Shown: positions 17,989-29,354 of the stretch, piece after piece
How the letters are laid out: the number at the start of each line of letters is the position of its first letter
Numbering within the stretch: position 1 is the first letter of the stretch
Origin: Alphaproteobacteria bacterium UBA1185
GTDB taxonomy: Bacteria > Pseudomonadota > Alphaproteobacteria > Rs-D84
Direction of reading: 5' to 3'
Assembly (NCBI GenBank): GCA_002310415.1
Contig: DBYN01000001.1
Location: forward strand, 4,332-68,331
Length of the DNA stretch: 64,000 bases
Program-made: the position numbers and the translations under genes
Notes under the pieces: generated by a model
What the model was told of the DNA's origin: nothing
Seen by the model: the letters and a program-made list of their open reading frames with translations, nothing else
The model's database searches: none

Positions 17989-18405
17989 CTAACTATCCAC
18001 TTTCTGTTTTAAAGAATGCAGATCAGGTTTATGATAATTTGGGCCTTTCATAATTTTTCCATCTTCACGATAAATAGGTTTCCCGTCCAAACCAAGTTTT
18101 GACATATTACTTTCATGTGTCAAATCAAAGGCTTGTTCAATAGGAAGTCCAAAAGAAACACTGAAACCCGATAAAACATATTGCACATCAGATATTTCTT
18201 TACAAATATTTTCAAATAATTCTTGAGAAACCTTCTCACCTTTTTGTGTTAATTCTATTGCAGAATCCAATTCAACGAACAATTCGTCAATTTCTTCTTG
18301 TAACAAACGTTTACGCAATGTCAACAAATCCGTGCTAAATGGCGCATTTACAGGCAAATTCATAGCTCTGCTGAATTGCTCAACTTTATCTTCGTATTTA
18401 CTCAT
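17989..18405 (-). CDS. MazG-like all-alpha nucleotide pyrophosphohydrolase domain protein
   Basis: Start set at the ATG at 18403-18405 (MSKYEDKVEQF). LLQEEIDELFVELD and KEISDVQYVL resemble the E-x2-E...E-x2-D metal-binding helices of MazG/HisE-type NTP-PPases. Confidence 0.55.
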   Translation of the reverse strand: MSKYEDKVEQFSRAMNLPVNAPFSTDLLTLRKRLLQEEIDELFVELDSAIELTQKGEKVSQELFENICKEISDVQYVLSGFSVSFGLPIEQAFDLTHESNMSKLGLDGKPIYREDGKIMKGPNYHKPDLHSLKQKVDS

Positions 18406-18615
18406 TTTTTCACCTTTGTATACCGTGACTATATTCCAATATGTTTTATTTTTCAATATTTAATAGTCATGCCATCTTCTCAGTCTCTCTTCCAACTTAT
18501 ATAATCTTGGCTCAAAAACCGCCAAACCAACGCAACGAAATCATTTCTGTAAATCTAAATTTGCTTTTCTGGACATAAAAAGGTAAAATACAATCTTGAA
18601 AGGAACATACAAAAG

Positions 18616-19275
18616 ATGGCAACTATACAAAAAAACGATTATTTGATTTATAAAAACGCATCAGGCAAACTTGAACGTATCCCTGTAATTATTGAAAATA
18701 TGGAAATAACACAAGGCAAAGAATGGGGGCTTAGTGTGGTAAACCCCGACACCAAAGAACTTTTAGGTACAGTAACGTGTTGGAAAATCAACAACAAACT
18801 AAAATTTGAAGGGCTTATATCTCATGTTGACGGCAAAGGGGTTGGTACAAAACTTATTTTGGAACTTATAAACATCAGTAAAAATCTTGGTGCAGACGGT
18901 ATTTTAATAGCAGGAGCAAGTCCTTCCCCTGGTTCACAAATTAAAAAACCACTAACAAATATCCCTTTTTATTACAAACTGGGATTTCAAGCAATGAATT
19001 CTGATAAACACAACGCAATCAAGAAACTTTTGGATGAAAAAAAAGATATTCCTTTGGGATTAAATGTATTTACTGATATTGAACTGTCCAAAGAAGCGGC
19101 CGCTAAATTAGAACAAAAAGCAACCGCACTGCAACAGGCTTTCGAAAAACAAAACACAACAAACGCTTCTCAAACCGAACAATTCAAAAAGGCAACTGAC
19201 GATTTGTCAGAAAAAATCGTTTTACAAACAGCAAAAACGAAACAACACAAACAGAACAAAGACAACAATCGTTAA
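18616..19275 (+). CDS. GNAT-like acetyltransferase-fold protein with Lys/Gln-rich C-terminal extension
   Basis: HVDGKGVGTKLILELI is a Q/R-x-x-G-x-G/A-like acetyl-CoA loop. FYYKLGFQA is the typical GNAT C-terminal strand. The call is inferred from motifs. Confidence 0.45.
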   Translation: MATIQKNDYLIYKNASGKLERIPVIIENMEITQGKEWGLSVVNPDTKELLGTVTCWKINNKLKFEGLISHVDGKGVGTKLILELINISKNLGADGILIAGASPSPGSQIKKPLTNIPFYYKLGFQAMNSDKHNAIKKLLDEKKDIPLGLNVFTDIELSKEAAAKLEQKATALQQAFEKQNTTNASQTEQFKKATDDLSEKIVLQTAKTKQHKQNKDNNR

Positions 19276-19295
19276 TTTTGTTGACTGTGACAACA

Positions 19296-20048
19296 TTAAA
19301 CTGTTTTGACCCGCTGTTTATCCTGTTTTTTCTTTTTCACTAATTTCTCATAAATCTTTGATTTTGGCAAATCACGAAAAGTTAAATACCAACTTTGCTT
19401 GTTTTTATTTTTAATATTTGTCGCAATACGTTTTTGCATTTCTTGATTTGTTTGTGGCAAAGATTCTGTAACTGGCATTCCAGGCATCCAATCTGCTGGC
19501 GTAGATACCCCAAACGCATTATTTGTTTGCAACGCAATTAAAATTCGTAAAATTTCTTGAATATTTCGCCCTGTGGTTTGTGGATAATATAATATAGTCC
19601 GTATGATTCCATGTGGATCAATAATAAATACTGCGCGCACAGTTTTTGTATCTGACGTATTTGGGTGAATCATGCCGTATAGTTTTGAAACGTGCAAATC
19701 CATATCCGCAATCACTGGAAAAGTTATTTTGACATTTTTCCAATCTTTGAAATTGATTTCTTCGTATACAGAACGAAACCATGCCAAATGCGATGGGATT
19801 GCCCCAACAGATAAACCAACAAGTTCCGTATTAAATTTCTTGAATTCATACAACATTGATTGAAAAGATAAAAATTCTGTTGTACAAACAGGTGTAAAAT
19901 CCATAGGATGAGAAAATAAAATCACCCAACGCCCAGCATAATCATTTGGAAATGTTATACGACCATTCGTTGTATTTGCAACAAATTGCGGTGCTTTGTC
20001 GCCAATTAGTGGGAAACTTGTTATACAATCTTGGATATCATAATGCAT
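19296..20048 (-). CDS. Peroxiredoxin (1-Cys / Prx6-like)
   Basis: GDKAPQFVANTTNG..WVILFSHPMDFTPVCTTEF is the peroxidatic Cys motif, and ..FIIDP.. is also present. A basic C-terminal tail follows. Confidence 0.85.
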   Translation of the reverse strand: MHYDIQDCITSFPLIGDKAPQFVANTTNGRITFPNDYAGRWVILFSHPMDFTPVCTTEFLSFQSMLYEFKKFNTELVGLSVGAIPSHLAWFRSVYEEINFKDWKNVKITFPVIADMDLHVSKLYGMIHPNTSDTKTVRAVFIIDPHGIIRTILYYPQTTGRNIQEILRILIALQTNNAFGVSTPADWMPGMPVTESLPQTNQEMQKRIATNIKNKNKQSWYLTFRDLPKSKIYEKLVKKKKQDKQRVKTV

Positions 20049-20147
20049 ATAAAATACCTTTGTAATACAACCAACAAAGTATCATGGTATTTACGTTTTT
20101 TATATAAGACTGTTTTCTTGTCCGAACAGAAAAACGTAAAATCTACC

Positions 20148-20176
20148 TTGCACTGACATTTTTGTTTTGTTATTAT
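20148..20176 (+). promoter_or_regulatory. Sigma70-like promoter of tRNA-Pro(GGG)
   Basis: TTGCAC (20148-20153), a 17-nt spacer, then TATTAT (20171-20176), 11 nt before the tRNA 5' end. Confidence 0.45.
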
Positions 20177-20187
20177 ACTGTCCATAT

Positions 20188-20264
20188 CGGGGTGTAGCGC
20201 AGCCTGGTAGCGCGTTTGTCTGGGGGGCAAAAGGTCGCGGGTTCGAACCCCGCCACTCCGACCA
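20188..20264 (+). tRNA. tRNA-Pro (anticodon GGG)
   Basis: Manual cloverleaf. Acceptor CGGGGTG/CACTCCG, D arm GCGC-AGCCTGGTA-GCGC, anticodon arm TTTGT-CTGGGGG-GCAAA (GGG at 34-36, G37), T arm GCGGG-TTCGAAC-CCCGC, encoded CCA. Confidence 0.85.
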
Positions 20265-20273
20265 AAATGAACA

Positions 20274-20299
20274 AAATATCACGTTGTGATATTTTTTTA
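20274..20299 (+). terminator. Rho-independent terminator after tRNA-Pro(GGG)
   Basis: AATATCAC-GTT-GTGATATT hairpin followed by a T run. Confidence 0.65.
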
Positions 20300-20344
20300 T
20301 TTTGTTGTGGTGTTAAGGTTTGAATCCGTTTTTGTGAAACAAAT

Positions 20345-20373
20345 TCAGGTTCGACAACAAGTAGATTTCACAA
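20345..20373 (+). repeat. Conserved 29-nt element, copy B (copy A at 16174-16202)
   Basis: See copy A. In copy B the core is enclosed by a 9-bp inverted repeat, TTTGTGAAA (20331-20339) / TTTCACAAA (20366-20374). Confidence 0.6.
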
Positions 20374-20410
20374 ATGCCCCCAATCAAACCAACCAGAAAA
20401 ATTAAGCATT

Positions 20411-22204
20411 TTATTTATAGTTTAAAAAACCACCGCTTTGCATTTGCCATAATTGGTAATATTTACCTTTTTTACGCAACAATTGCTGATGGGTTCCTTG
20501 TTCTACGATTTGTCCTTTGTCCAGAACAATAATCCTGTCCATATTGCGTAAGGTTGACAATCTGTGTGCTATTGCGATTGTCGTTCTACCTTTGGATAGT
20601 TTTTCAAAAGATTCTTGAATTGTTGCCTCGGTTTCGCTGTCCAGTGCAGATGTTGCTTCGTCCAGAACCAATATTGGCGCATCTTTAAGAAAAGCACGCG
20701 CGATTGCTATTCTTTGTTTTTGACCACCCGACAGTTTTATTCCGCGTTCCCCAACCAAAGAATTATATTTCTTTTCTGTTGCCATAATAAATTCATCAGC
20801 AGATGCATTTTTTGCTGCTTTGCGAATTTCCGTCGGTGTCGCGCCAAATTTACCATACCCAATATTTTCACCAATTGTTCGATTAAACATTGATGGGTCT
20901 TGGGGTATAAAGGCAATTTGTGAACGCAAAGAATCTTGTGTAACATCTGCAATATCTTGCCCGTCAATCAAAATATGACCGCGCTTTGGTTCATAAAAAC
21001 GCATTAGCAAATTTACTAATGTTGATTTACCCGCACCACTTGACCCAACAATACCCACGCGTTCCCCAGGTTTAATACGCAACATTAAATCGGTCAACAC
21101 AGGACGATTGCGATACCCAAACGCAACATGTCTAAATTCAATCAAACCCTTCTTTACGTGCAAATCCGGCGCATTTGGTTTATCAACAACAGAAATCGGC
21201 ATAACTAAATCTTTGTATGCCTTGCCAGCATCCGCAATTTTAGTAAGCAACGGAGAAATCATCTCGACAATCCAGTCGACATTAGTCATAACAGAATGAT
21301 ATACCCCCAAAGTATAAACTATTTCATCCAAACGCATTTTGCCATGCTGATAAAGCATTATACAAAATAATATTGTTACACCGAACAAAATATGTCCTAT
21401 CAACCCAGGTACAAACCAAAATAATCTTTCAACATTATGTTTTACGATATACGTTTTTATAACCCTATTTCTAGGTTCTGTTAATGCTTGCTCCTCCTTT
21501 GTGGCACCAGCAAAATATTTAACAATTGAATAATTCGCAAGGCTGTCTACTATCTTACCAGTTAAACTACTGCTTGCACCCGATGCCTCTTTACTTTTTT
21601 CCTTTATAGGCTTGCGTAATTTCAACACATATACAGCACGAAAAACAAAAGCAAAAATAAATAAATATGCAACGTATTTATTTAAATTTAACAATATCGC
21701 CCCATTGATTAACACCCCCAACGTACACCCCAAAATAACACCGCTTTCCCAGAAAACACCAATACAATCAGTAATTAAATTAATCTGATTATTCACAGAA
21801 CCAGACATTCTGCCAGACCAAAATTTCATTGATTGATTATGAACATAATTCATCAACACTTTTGACATATGTTGGGTAATTTTTGGTTTGGTGTTATCCC
21901 ACAAAGCAGTACGTGTAAAAAATAACATACTATCAAGACACAACAATACCGTTATCATTATAATTGTTGGTGTTGCATGTTGTAATAATGTCATACCCGC
22001 TGGAACAGAACTGTTAATAATCCCAATTATCCATTTATCAACATATGGCCAAAGAACATTTGCTACAACATTTGTCAATGGTATCAACACAGCCAAAACA
22101 GTCAACATGAATTTAAAATCTTTGAACATAAACTGTTTGTAAAATTGCCAAAGCGACAAAGGCAAATTTGAAGCATTAGTCGTATTTTTATTTTTAAATT
22201 GCAT
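20411..22204 (-). CDS. ABC transporter, fused permease/ATP-binding protein (type I exporter, MsbA-like)
   Basis: N-terminal six-TM-type domain. Walker A GSSGAGKST, signature LSGGQKQRIAIARAF, Walker B ILVLDEATSALD. Confidence 0.85.
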   Translation of the reverse strand: MQFKNKNTTNASNLPLSLWQFYKQFMFKDFKFMLTVLAVLIPLTNVVANVLWPYVDKWIIGIINSSVPAGMTLLQHATPTIIMITVLLCLDSMLFFTRTALWDNTKPKITQHMSKVLMNYVHNQSMKFWSGRMSGSVNNQINLITDCIGVFWESGVILGCTLGVLINGAILLNLNKYVAYLFIFAFVFRAVYVLKLRKPIKEKSKEASGASSSLTGKIVDSLANYSIVKYFAGATKEEQALTEPRNRVIKTYIVKHNVERLFWFVPGLIGHILFGVTILFCIMLYQHGKMRLDEIVYTLGVYHSVMTNVDWIVEMISPLLTKIADAGKAYKDLVMPISVVDKPNAPDLHVKKGLIEFRHVAFGYRNRPVLTDLMLRIKPGERVGIVGSSGAGKSTLVNLLMRFYEPKRGHILIDGQDIADVTQDSLRSQIAFIPQDPSMFNRTIGENIGYGKFGATPTEIRKAAKNASADEFIMATEKKYNSLVGERGIKLSGGQKQRIAIARAFLKDAPILVLDEATSALDSETEATIQESFEKLSKGRTTIAIAHRLSTLRNMDRIIVLDKGQIVEQGTHQQLLRKKGKYYQLWQMQSGGFLNYK

Positions 22205-22307
22205 GTTTTTAATCCTCTTGATATGCAGAATTTATTCCCACACTACCGCCAACCAAAAGTATACAGTATGGAATTTTTTTATCAAGAATAAAACTTGATA
22301 TTTTTAA

Positions 22308-24071
22308 TTACTTCACAATTTCATGAAATATTACGGCAGGTAATACCCCACCAGTTATTTTTGAAGACATCGGTGTAAAATCATCATTACCAACCCAAAC
22401 CCCAATTACATAATCTGATGTTGCCCCCACAAACCATGCATCACGATTATTGTTACTGGTTCCAGTTTTCCCACCAAATACATTTTTAGTATATGCGCGT
22501 TTACCTGTTCCATTTACAACAACATCATATAATAACTGTTTCATATATTCAATTGTGGTTTCAGACAAAATCTGAATCTCGTCAGACGGATTACGTTCAT
22601 AGATTGTATTTCCATTTGCATCTTGGATTTTTGTAATTGAATACGGATGCACAGATTGACCATCATTCCAAATTACTGAATAAATTGTTGTTAAATCCAA
22701 CAAACTCATCTCAGAAGCCCCCAAAACCGTCGAATATTCACGTTTTAATTTGTGTCCCACTCCCAAACGAGATGCCATATTTAAAACCGAATCTATACCA
22801 TATTGCTTTGTTAATTTTAGCGGAACAGAATTAACACTTTTGGCAAAAGCAGTTGCCAACGTTATATCGCCATAGTATTTATCGTTATAATTTTTTGGGT
22901 TATAATCCCCAATTGCAAATTGTGAATCATTAACTAAAGATTCTGGTGTCATACCATTTTCCAGCGCAACCAAATACACTACTGGCTTAAATGCAGAACC
23001 AGGTTGGCGCAAAGCCAAAACACGATTAAATTGACTTGCCTGATAATCATCACCACCAACCATCGCTTGGATTGCGCCATCACGCGCAACCGATACAATT
23101 GCCCCCTGATATTCGCCAACGTTTGCCGACAAAGCAGATGCAATACGCGATTGTAATTTTTTATTCATAGTTGTATAAACATACAAGTCTTTGTTTATAT
23201 TACCAATTCTGGATTCTATTTCATCCATAACAAAATCAGTCCAATACCGATATATGTTTTTATCTTGCTTTATATTTACAGCCTTTAATTCTTTGGCGGC
23301 ACGTTGAGCCGTTTCCAACGTTATATATCCTTGTTTTACCATTTCAACCAGCACAACACGCGCACGTTGAATATTTCGATCTGGATTTTTTAACGGACTG
23401 TATGTAGTGGGTGCCTTTAACATCGCTGCTATCTGAGCGGATTCTGCCACAGACATTTTATTAGCCCCATGACCAAACAACAACATAGATGCCGCATCTA
23501 TACCACGCAAGCCCCCCACCAAAGAAATTCGATTCATATATAAATCCAGAATTTGATTTTTATTAAACCTGTTTTCTAACCAATAAGACAATATTAATTC
23601 TTGAACTTTGCGTGAAACCTTTTTATCACGTGATAAAAATACATTTTTAGCGGTCTGTTGAGTTATAGTTGATCCACCCGCAGCAAATTTACCACGAAAT
23701 AAATTTACAATCAAAGCCCTGAAAGTTCCACGATATGAAAGCGCACCATGTTTATAAAAATTTTTGTCTTCTATTGCCAAAATTGCCTGATATACATGTG
23801 ATGGCAAATTCTGCACAGAAACGGGTGTACCCATTATACGACCACTGGACCGAATTTCTTCACCATCTTTATCTAAAAATATTATTGCTGGTTCGCGCGT
23901 TTCATGCAATATAGCATCTAAGGAGGGCATCTGTAAAAACACAAACAAAACATACAAACCGCAAATTGCAACAAAAATCAGTCCGATATTAAAGACAAAC
24001 GAAAACAGTCGCGCTTTAAATGATTTACGCTTTTCAGATTTTACATCTTTGCGCACATTACTATTTTGCAC
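22308..24071 (-). CDS. Class A penicillin-binding protein (glycosyltransferase + transpeptidase)
   Basis: N-terminal TM anchor. GT51 motifs AILAIEDKNFYKHG and GGSTITQQTAKN. Transpeptidase motifs are the SxxK in PGSAFKP and KTGTSNN. Confidence 0.85.
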   Translation of the reverse strand: MQNSNVRKDVKSEKRKSFKARLFSFVFNIGLIFVAICGLYVLFVFLQMPSLDAILHETREPAIIFLDKDGEEIRSSGRIMGTPVSVQNLPSHVYQAILAIEDKNFYKHGALSYRGTFRALIVNLFRGKFAAGGSTITQQTAKNVFLSRDKKVSRKVQELILSYWLENRFNKNQILDLYMNRISLVGGLRGIDAASMLLFGHGANKMSVAESAQIAAMLKAPTTYSPLKNPDRNIQRARVVLVEMVKQGYITLETAQRAAKELKAVNIKQDKNIYRYWTDFVMDEIESRIGNINKDLYVYTTMNKKLQSRIASALSANVGEYQGAIVSVARDGAIQAMVGGDDYQASQFNRVLALRQPGSAFKPVVYLVALENGMTPESLVNDSQFAIGDYNPKNYNDKYYGDITLATAFAKSVNSVPLKLTKQYGIDSVLNMASRLGVGHKLKREYSTVLGASEMSLLDLTTIYSVIWNDGQSVHPYSITKIQDANGNTIYERNPSDEIQILSETTIEYMKQLLYDVVVNGTGKRAYTKNVFGGKTGTSNNNRDAWFVGATSDYVIGVWVGNDDFTPMSSKITGGVLPAVIFHEIVK

Positions 24072-24085
24072 GACTGCCCCCTACA

Positions 24086-26152
<2,067 letters not shown>

Positions 26153-26214
26153 TCACCAGAAACTAGCGAATAAATAACCACTTTACACAACAATTATTGC
26201 ATACAATATTTAAT

Positions 26215-26427
26215 CTAATTTGCGCCCATATTTTTGGCAGACTGTAAAGATTGTATCAATGTTTCCTTGGCAATTTGACAGATTCTTTGTGCCAAAGGAC
26301 GCATATTCATTGCCTCGGCCAGTGCATCGCCAAAATGTTTTGAAATATAATCTATCTGCGTTGGGGCTATGTGAAAAATCTCACTGGAAATATTAGAAAT
26401 TTGTAATTCTTGAACATCTGTTTTCAT
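26215..26427 (-). CDS. Small hypothetical protein
   Basis: 70-73 aa. AGGTGG lies 5 nt upstream of the ATG at 26427 (MKTDVQELQ...). Helical composition, no motif recognised. Confidence 0.4.
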   Translation of the reverse strand: MKTDVQELQISNISSEIFHIAPTQIDYISKHFGDALAEAMNMRPLAQRICQIAKETLIQSLQSAKNMGAN

Positions 26428-26537
26428 ATCTGCCACCTACTTTTTTATTACCACCACAATAATATCACAAAAAAGACAAAACAAAAATGAAAATTTTTTG
26501 CTTGTTTATTCTTGTCAAAAAACTTAAAATAACAACT

Positions 26538-27518
26538 ATGAGGAAAGGATTTTTTATCGCTTTTTTGTTGTGTTTGTTTTCGTCGTCTGGATTTGCGGCG
26601 AATGGTTATGTTCCAAAACAATTTAGTAACACAAGCACTGGGGACGGTTTGTATCCATATTCTTTGAATAATCGACGTCAAGATATGATTGGCACACCAA
26701 AAAATAATATACCTGGTATTGGTGGGGCAAGCCCTATGCAGTCAACTGGTAAACGCGGTGTTATAAAACGACCAACCAAGGCGCGCGCTTCAACAACAAA
26801 TTCAATACCAATGCAATATAATAATGCAAATAATCGTCGGGTTGTTCCACGTTCTGGTTCTGCACGCAGCGCGATAAATACAAATAACTATAAAAATAAT
26901 TCTGGTAATCGCGGTGTTACTTCGCGCAGTGCAAAGCAACAAAATAATTATTATGTGCGCACATCTAATACAAGGCGCGAATCGGTTCCACAAACGACTT
27001 ATTCTGGCACCAAGGTGTCTTCTCAAAAATGCTTTGCAAATTACAAAGAATGTATGGAAACTTACTGTCGACGCGAAGATATGCCATATAATCGCTGTTA
27101 TTGCAGTGCAAGATTGGCACAGATAGATTCAAAATATCAAAATAAAATTGATGATTTGATCAAACAAATAATAGTCTTGCAAAACACCACAACAACAGAA
27201 TCCGACGAAGATTTACCACCTTTGCGCGACTTTTGGGAAGCAAACATTAGTAAATACACCGGATCCAATGCATGGGACGATTTGGAAGATGCTTTAAAGA
27301 TAGATTGGCCAGACCAAGAAACTCGTTTTCAGGGTCAAAATGCGTTTAACATCGGTCATCAATATTGTGTAAACTATTTGCGCGCTTGTTCGTATATGGC
27401 ATCAAATCTACGTGATGCGTACAAATCTGAGATTGCACGCGATTGCGCTACATACGAAGAAAGTTTACAAGGCATAAAAAACGTCGCAGAAAGCGTAATT
27501 GAAAATTATAAAAAATAA
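26538..27518 (+). CDS. Secreted protein carrying the same cysteine module as P1/P2 (paralog, P5)
   Basis: Start set at MRKGFFIAFLLCLFSSSGFA (signal peptide). An N/R/S/T-rich low-complexity region follows. Then comes CFANYKECMETYCRREDMPYNRCYC, which fits C-x6-C-x4-C-x9-C. Later cysteines occur in YCVNYLRACSY and ARDCATY. Confidence 0.75.
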   Translation: MRKGFFIAFLLCLFSSSGFAANGYVPKQFSNTSTGDGLYPYSLNNRRQDMIGTPKNNIPGIGGASPMQSTGKRGVIKRPTKARASTTNSIPMQYNNANNRRVVPRSGSARSAINTNNYKNNSGNRGVTSRSAKQQNNYYVRTSNTRRESVPQTTYSGTKVSSQKCFANYKECMETYCRREDMPYNRCYCSARLAQIDSKYQNKIDDLIKQIIVLQNTTTTESDEDLPPLRDFWEANISKYTGSNAWDDLEDALKIDWPDQETRFQGQNAFNIGHQYCVNYLRACSYMASNLRDAYKSEIARDCATYEESLQGIKNVAESVIENYKK

Positions 27519-27521
27519 TTG

Positions 27522-27719
27522 TCAATTATCCCTCTGTTGATTTTTACATTGTAAATTATGCTTATATATATTTCTGGCTAAATCATCACTTATGTTAACC
27601 CAATCTGATGTATGACCATATATTGGTTCGCAATAGCAAAAAACTTTATTCGCTGATTGTGTATTCAGATTGCAAGATACGACGAATATCAGCCACACCA
27701 GTTTTATACACTTTTTCAT
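27522..27719 (-). CDS. Small putative lipoprotein, o-spanin-like position
   Basis: MKKCIKLVWLIFVVSC has a lipobox-like VVSC. The mature part is ~49 aa with 3 further Cys. The start lies inside the 27646-27885 gene in another frame, and the ORF extends past its stop. Confidence 0.4.
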   Translation of the reverse strand: MKKCIKLVWLIFVVSCNLNTQSANKVFCYCEPIYGHTSDWVNISDDLARNIYKHNLQCKNQQRDN

Positions 27720-27885
27720 TTAAATTCCTGTTGTTTATCAAAGATTGTTCAGTTTGTTTTTTTAATTCCATAACAAATTGTGCGTGACACTTTGCATCTG
27801 CAATTTTGCCACCACAATAAAAAGCCCCGATTACACAACACCCCAACATACAAACAAAATAAAACTTGTACATAATATCCCCCAT
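27646..27885 (-). CDS. Small N-terminally anchored membrane protein, i-spanin-like position
   Basis: Hydrophobic N-terminus YKFYFVCMLGCCVIGAFYCGG, then a charged helical region (ELKKQTEQSLINNRNLNEKV..). It overlaps the downstream lipoprotein ORF by 74 nt. Confidence 0.4.
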   Translation of the reverse strand: MGDIMYKFYFVCMLGCCVIGAFYCGGKIADAKCHAQFVMELKKQTEQSLINNRNLNEKVYKTGVADIRRILQSEYTISE

Positions 27886-27919
27886 ACAAAAAATCTGCTG
27901 TTAATAAAAACAGCAGATA
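27886..27919 (-). terminator. Rho-independent terminator downstream of rho
   Basis: On the minus strand, ATCTGCTGTT-TTTATT-AACAGCAGAT is followed by TTTTTT. Confidence 0.7.
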
Positions 27920-27945
27920 AGCATTTATATATTACAATAAAAATT

Positions 27946-29214
27946 TTATTGGTTCATCGCGGAAAAGAAATCATCGTTTGTTTTCGTTAAACGCAATTTA
28001 TCTAATAAAAATTCCATTGCCTCCAATGTTCCCATTGGATTGATTATGCGACGCAAAACATACATTTTCGACAAAGTATCTTTGGAAACCAACAAATCTT
28101 CCTTTCTGGTACCAGATTTTGTAATATCAATAGCGGGATATACACGTTTATCAGACAATTTTCTGTCTAAAATAATTTCGCTGTTACCCGTCCCTTTAAA
28201 TTCTTCAAAAACAACTTCGTCCATCTTGGAACCCGTATCTATCAAAGCAGTTGCGATAATTGTCAATGAACCGCCACCTTCGATATTACGCGCTGCCCCA
28301 AAGAAACGCTTTGGACGTTGTAATGCATACGCATCAACACCACCGGTCAAAACTTTACCACTGGACGGGACGACCGTATTGTATGCACGCCCCAATCGTG
28401 TAATAGAATCCAATAAAATGACAACATCTTGACCCGCTTCAACCAAACGTTTTGCCTTTTCAATAACCATTTCTGCGACCTGGATATGACGTGTTGCAGG
28501 TTCATCAAATGTAGAAGATATCACTTCACCACGAACACTGCGTTGCATATCTGTAACTTCTTCTGGACGTTCATCAATCAATAAAACTATTAATTTAACA
28601 TCCGGATAATTGGTCGCAATAGAATGTGCAATATTCTGCAACATAACAGTTTTACCAGTTCTTGGTGGCGCAACAATTAACGAACGTTGCCCCTTACCTG
28701 TTGGGGAAATCAAATCGATAACACGCGCAGATAAATTACGTCCTTTGTCGGTATCATCAACAACTTCCATTTTTAATTGTTCATCTGGATAAAGAGGTGT
28801 CATATCATCAAACGAAATACGATGACGTAAATTTTCGGGATCGCCACCATTAACGCGCTCTATCGTCTCCAAAGCAAAATAACGTTCAGATTCATTTTGG
28901 GGTGCCTGAATTTGACCTTCGACATAATCACCAGTTTTTAAACCATATTTTTTAATTAAATTTGGCGAAACATACAAATCATCTGGCCCCGCCAAATAAT
29001 TACTTTCCGGAGCCCGTAAAAAACCAAAGCCGTCCTGCATACGTTCCAGAACGCCATCCCCGATTAAAGTAATAGATTTATCAGCAGCATAAACGCGCAT
29101 CACAGCAAAACGCAGTTGCTGAACATTCAATTGTGATGGATTTTCAATTCCCATATCTTCCGCCATCTTCAACAATTGTTGAGGTGACTTTGTCTTTAAT
29201 TCATTTACATGCAT
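27946..29214 (-). CDS. rho: Transcription termination factor Rho
   Basis: N-terminal [27 protein letters not shown]-binding [16 protein letters not shown], Walker A PPRTGKT, and ..LIDERPEEV.. Confidence 0.95.
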   Translation of the reverse strand: MHVNELKTKSPQQLLKMAEDMGIENPSQLNVQQLRFAVMRVYAADKSITLIGDGVLERMQDGFGFLRAPESNYLAGPDDLYVSPNLIKKYGLKTGDYVEGQIQAPQNESERYFALETIERVNGGDPENLRHRISFDDMTPLYPDEQLKMEVVDDTDKGRNLSARVIDLISPTGKGQRSLIVAPPRTGKTVMLQNIAHSIATNYPDVKLIVLLIDERPEEVTDMQRSVRGEVISSTFDEPATRHIQVAEMVIEKAKRLVEAGQDVVILLDSITRLGRAYNTVVPSSGKVLTGGVDAYALQRPKRFFGAARNIEGGGSLTIIATALIDTGSKMDEVVFEEFKGTGNSEIILDRKLSDKRVYPAIDITKSGTRKEDLLVSKDTLSKMYVLRRIINPMGTLEAMEFLLDKLRLTKTNDDFFSAMNQ

Positions 29215-29354
29215 AAAAAAACCTTTTGGAAACGCAACCAGAGAATTCCGTTGCTTTATTGCTGTTAATTATAATTCAAATCAACACAAAAGTCAAGTCA
29301 TCAAAAAAGTGGCCACAAACGACCACTTAATCTTTACCTGCATTCAGCCAACAA

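Noticed and set aside
20021-20282. ORFs 20021-20230 (-) and 20100-20282 (-) overlapping tRNA-Pro(GGG)
   Set aside because: They are antisense to a well-folded tRNA gene and its promoter and are likely spurious.
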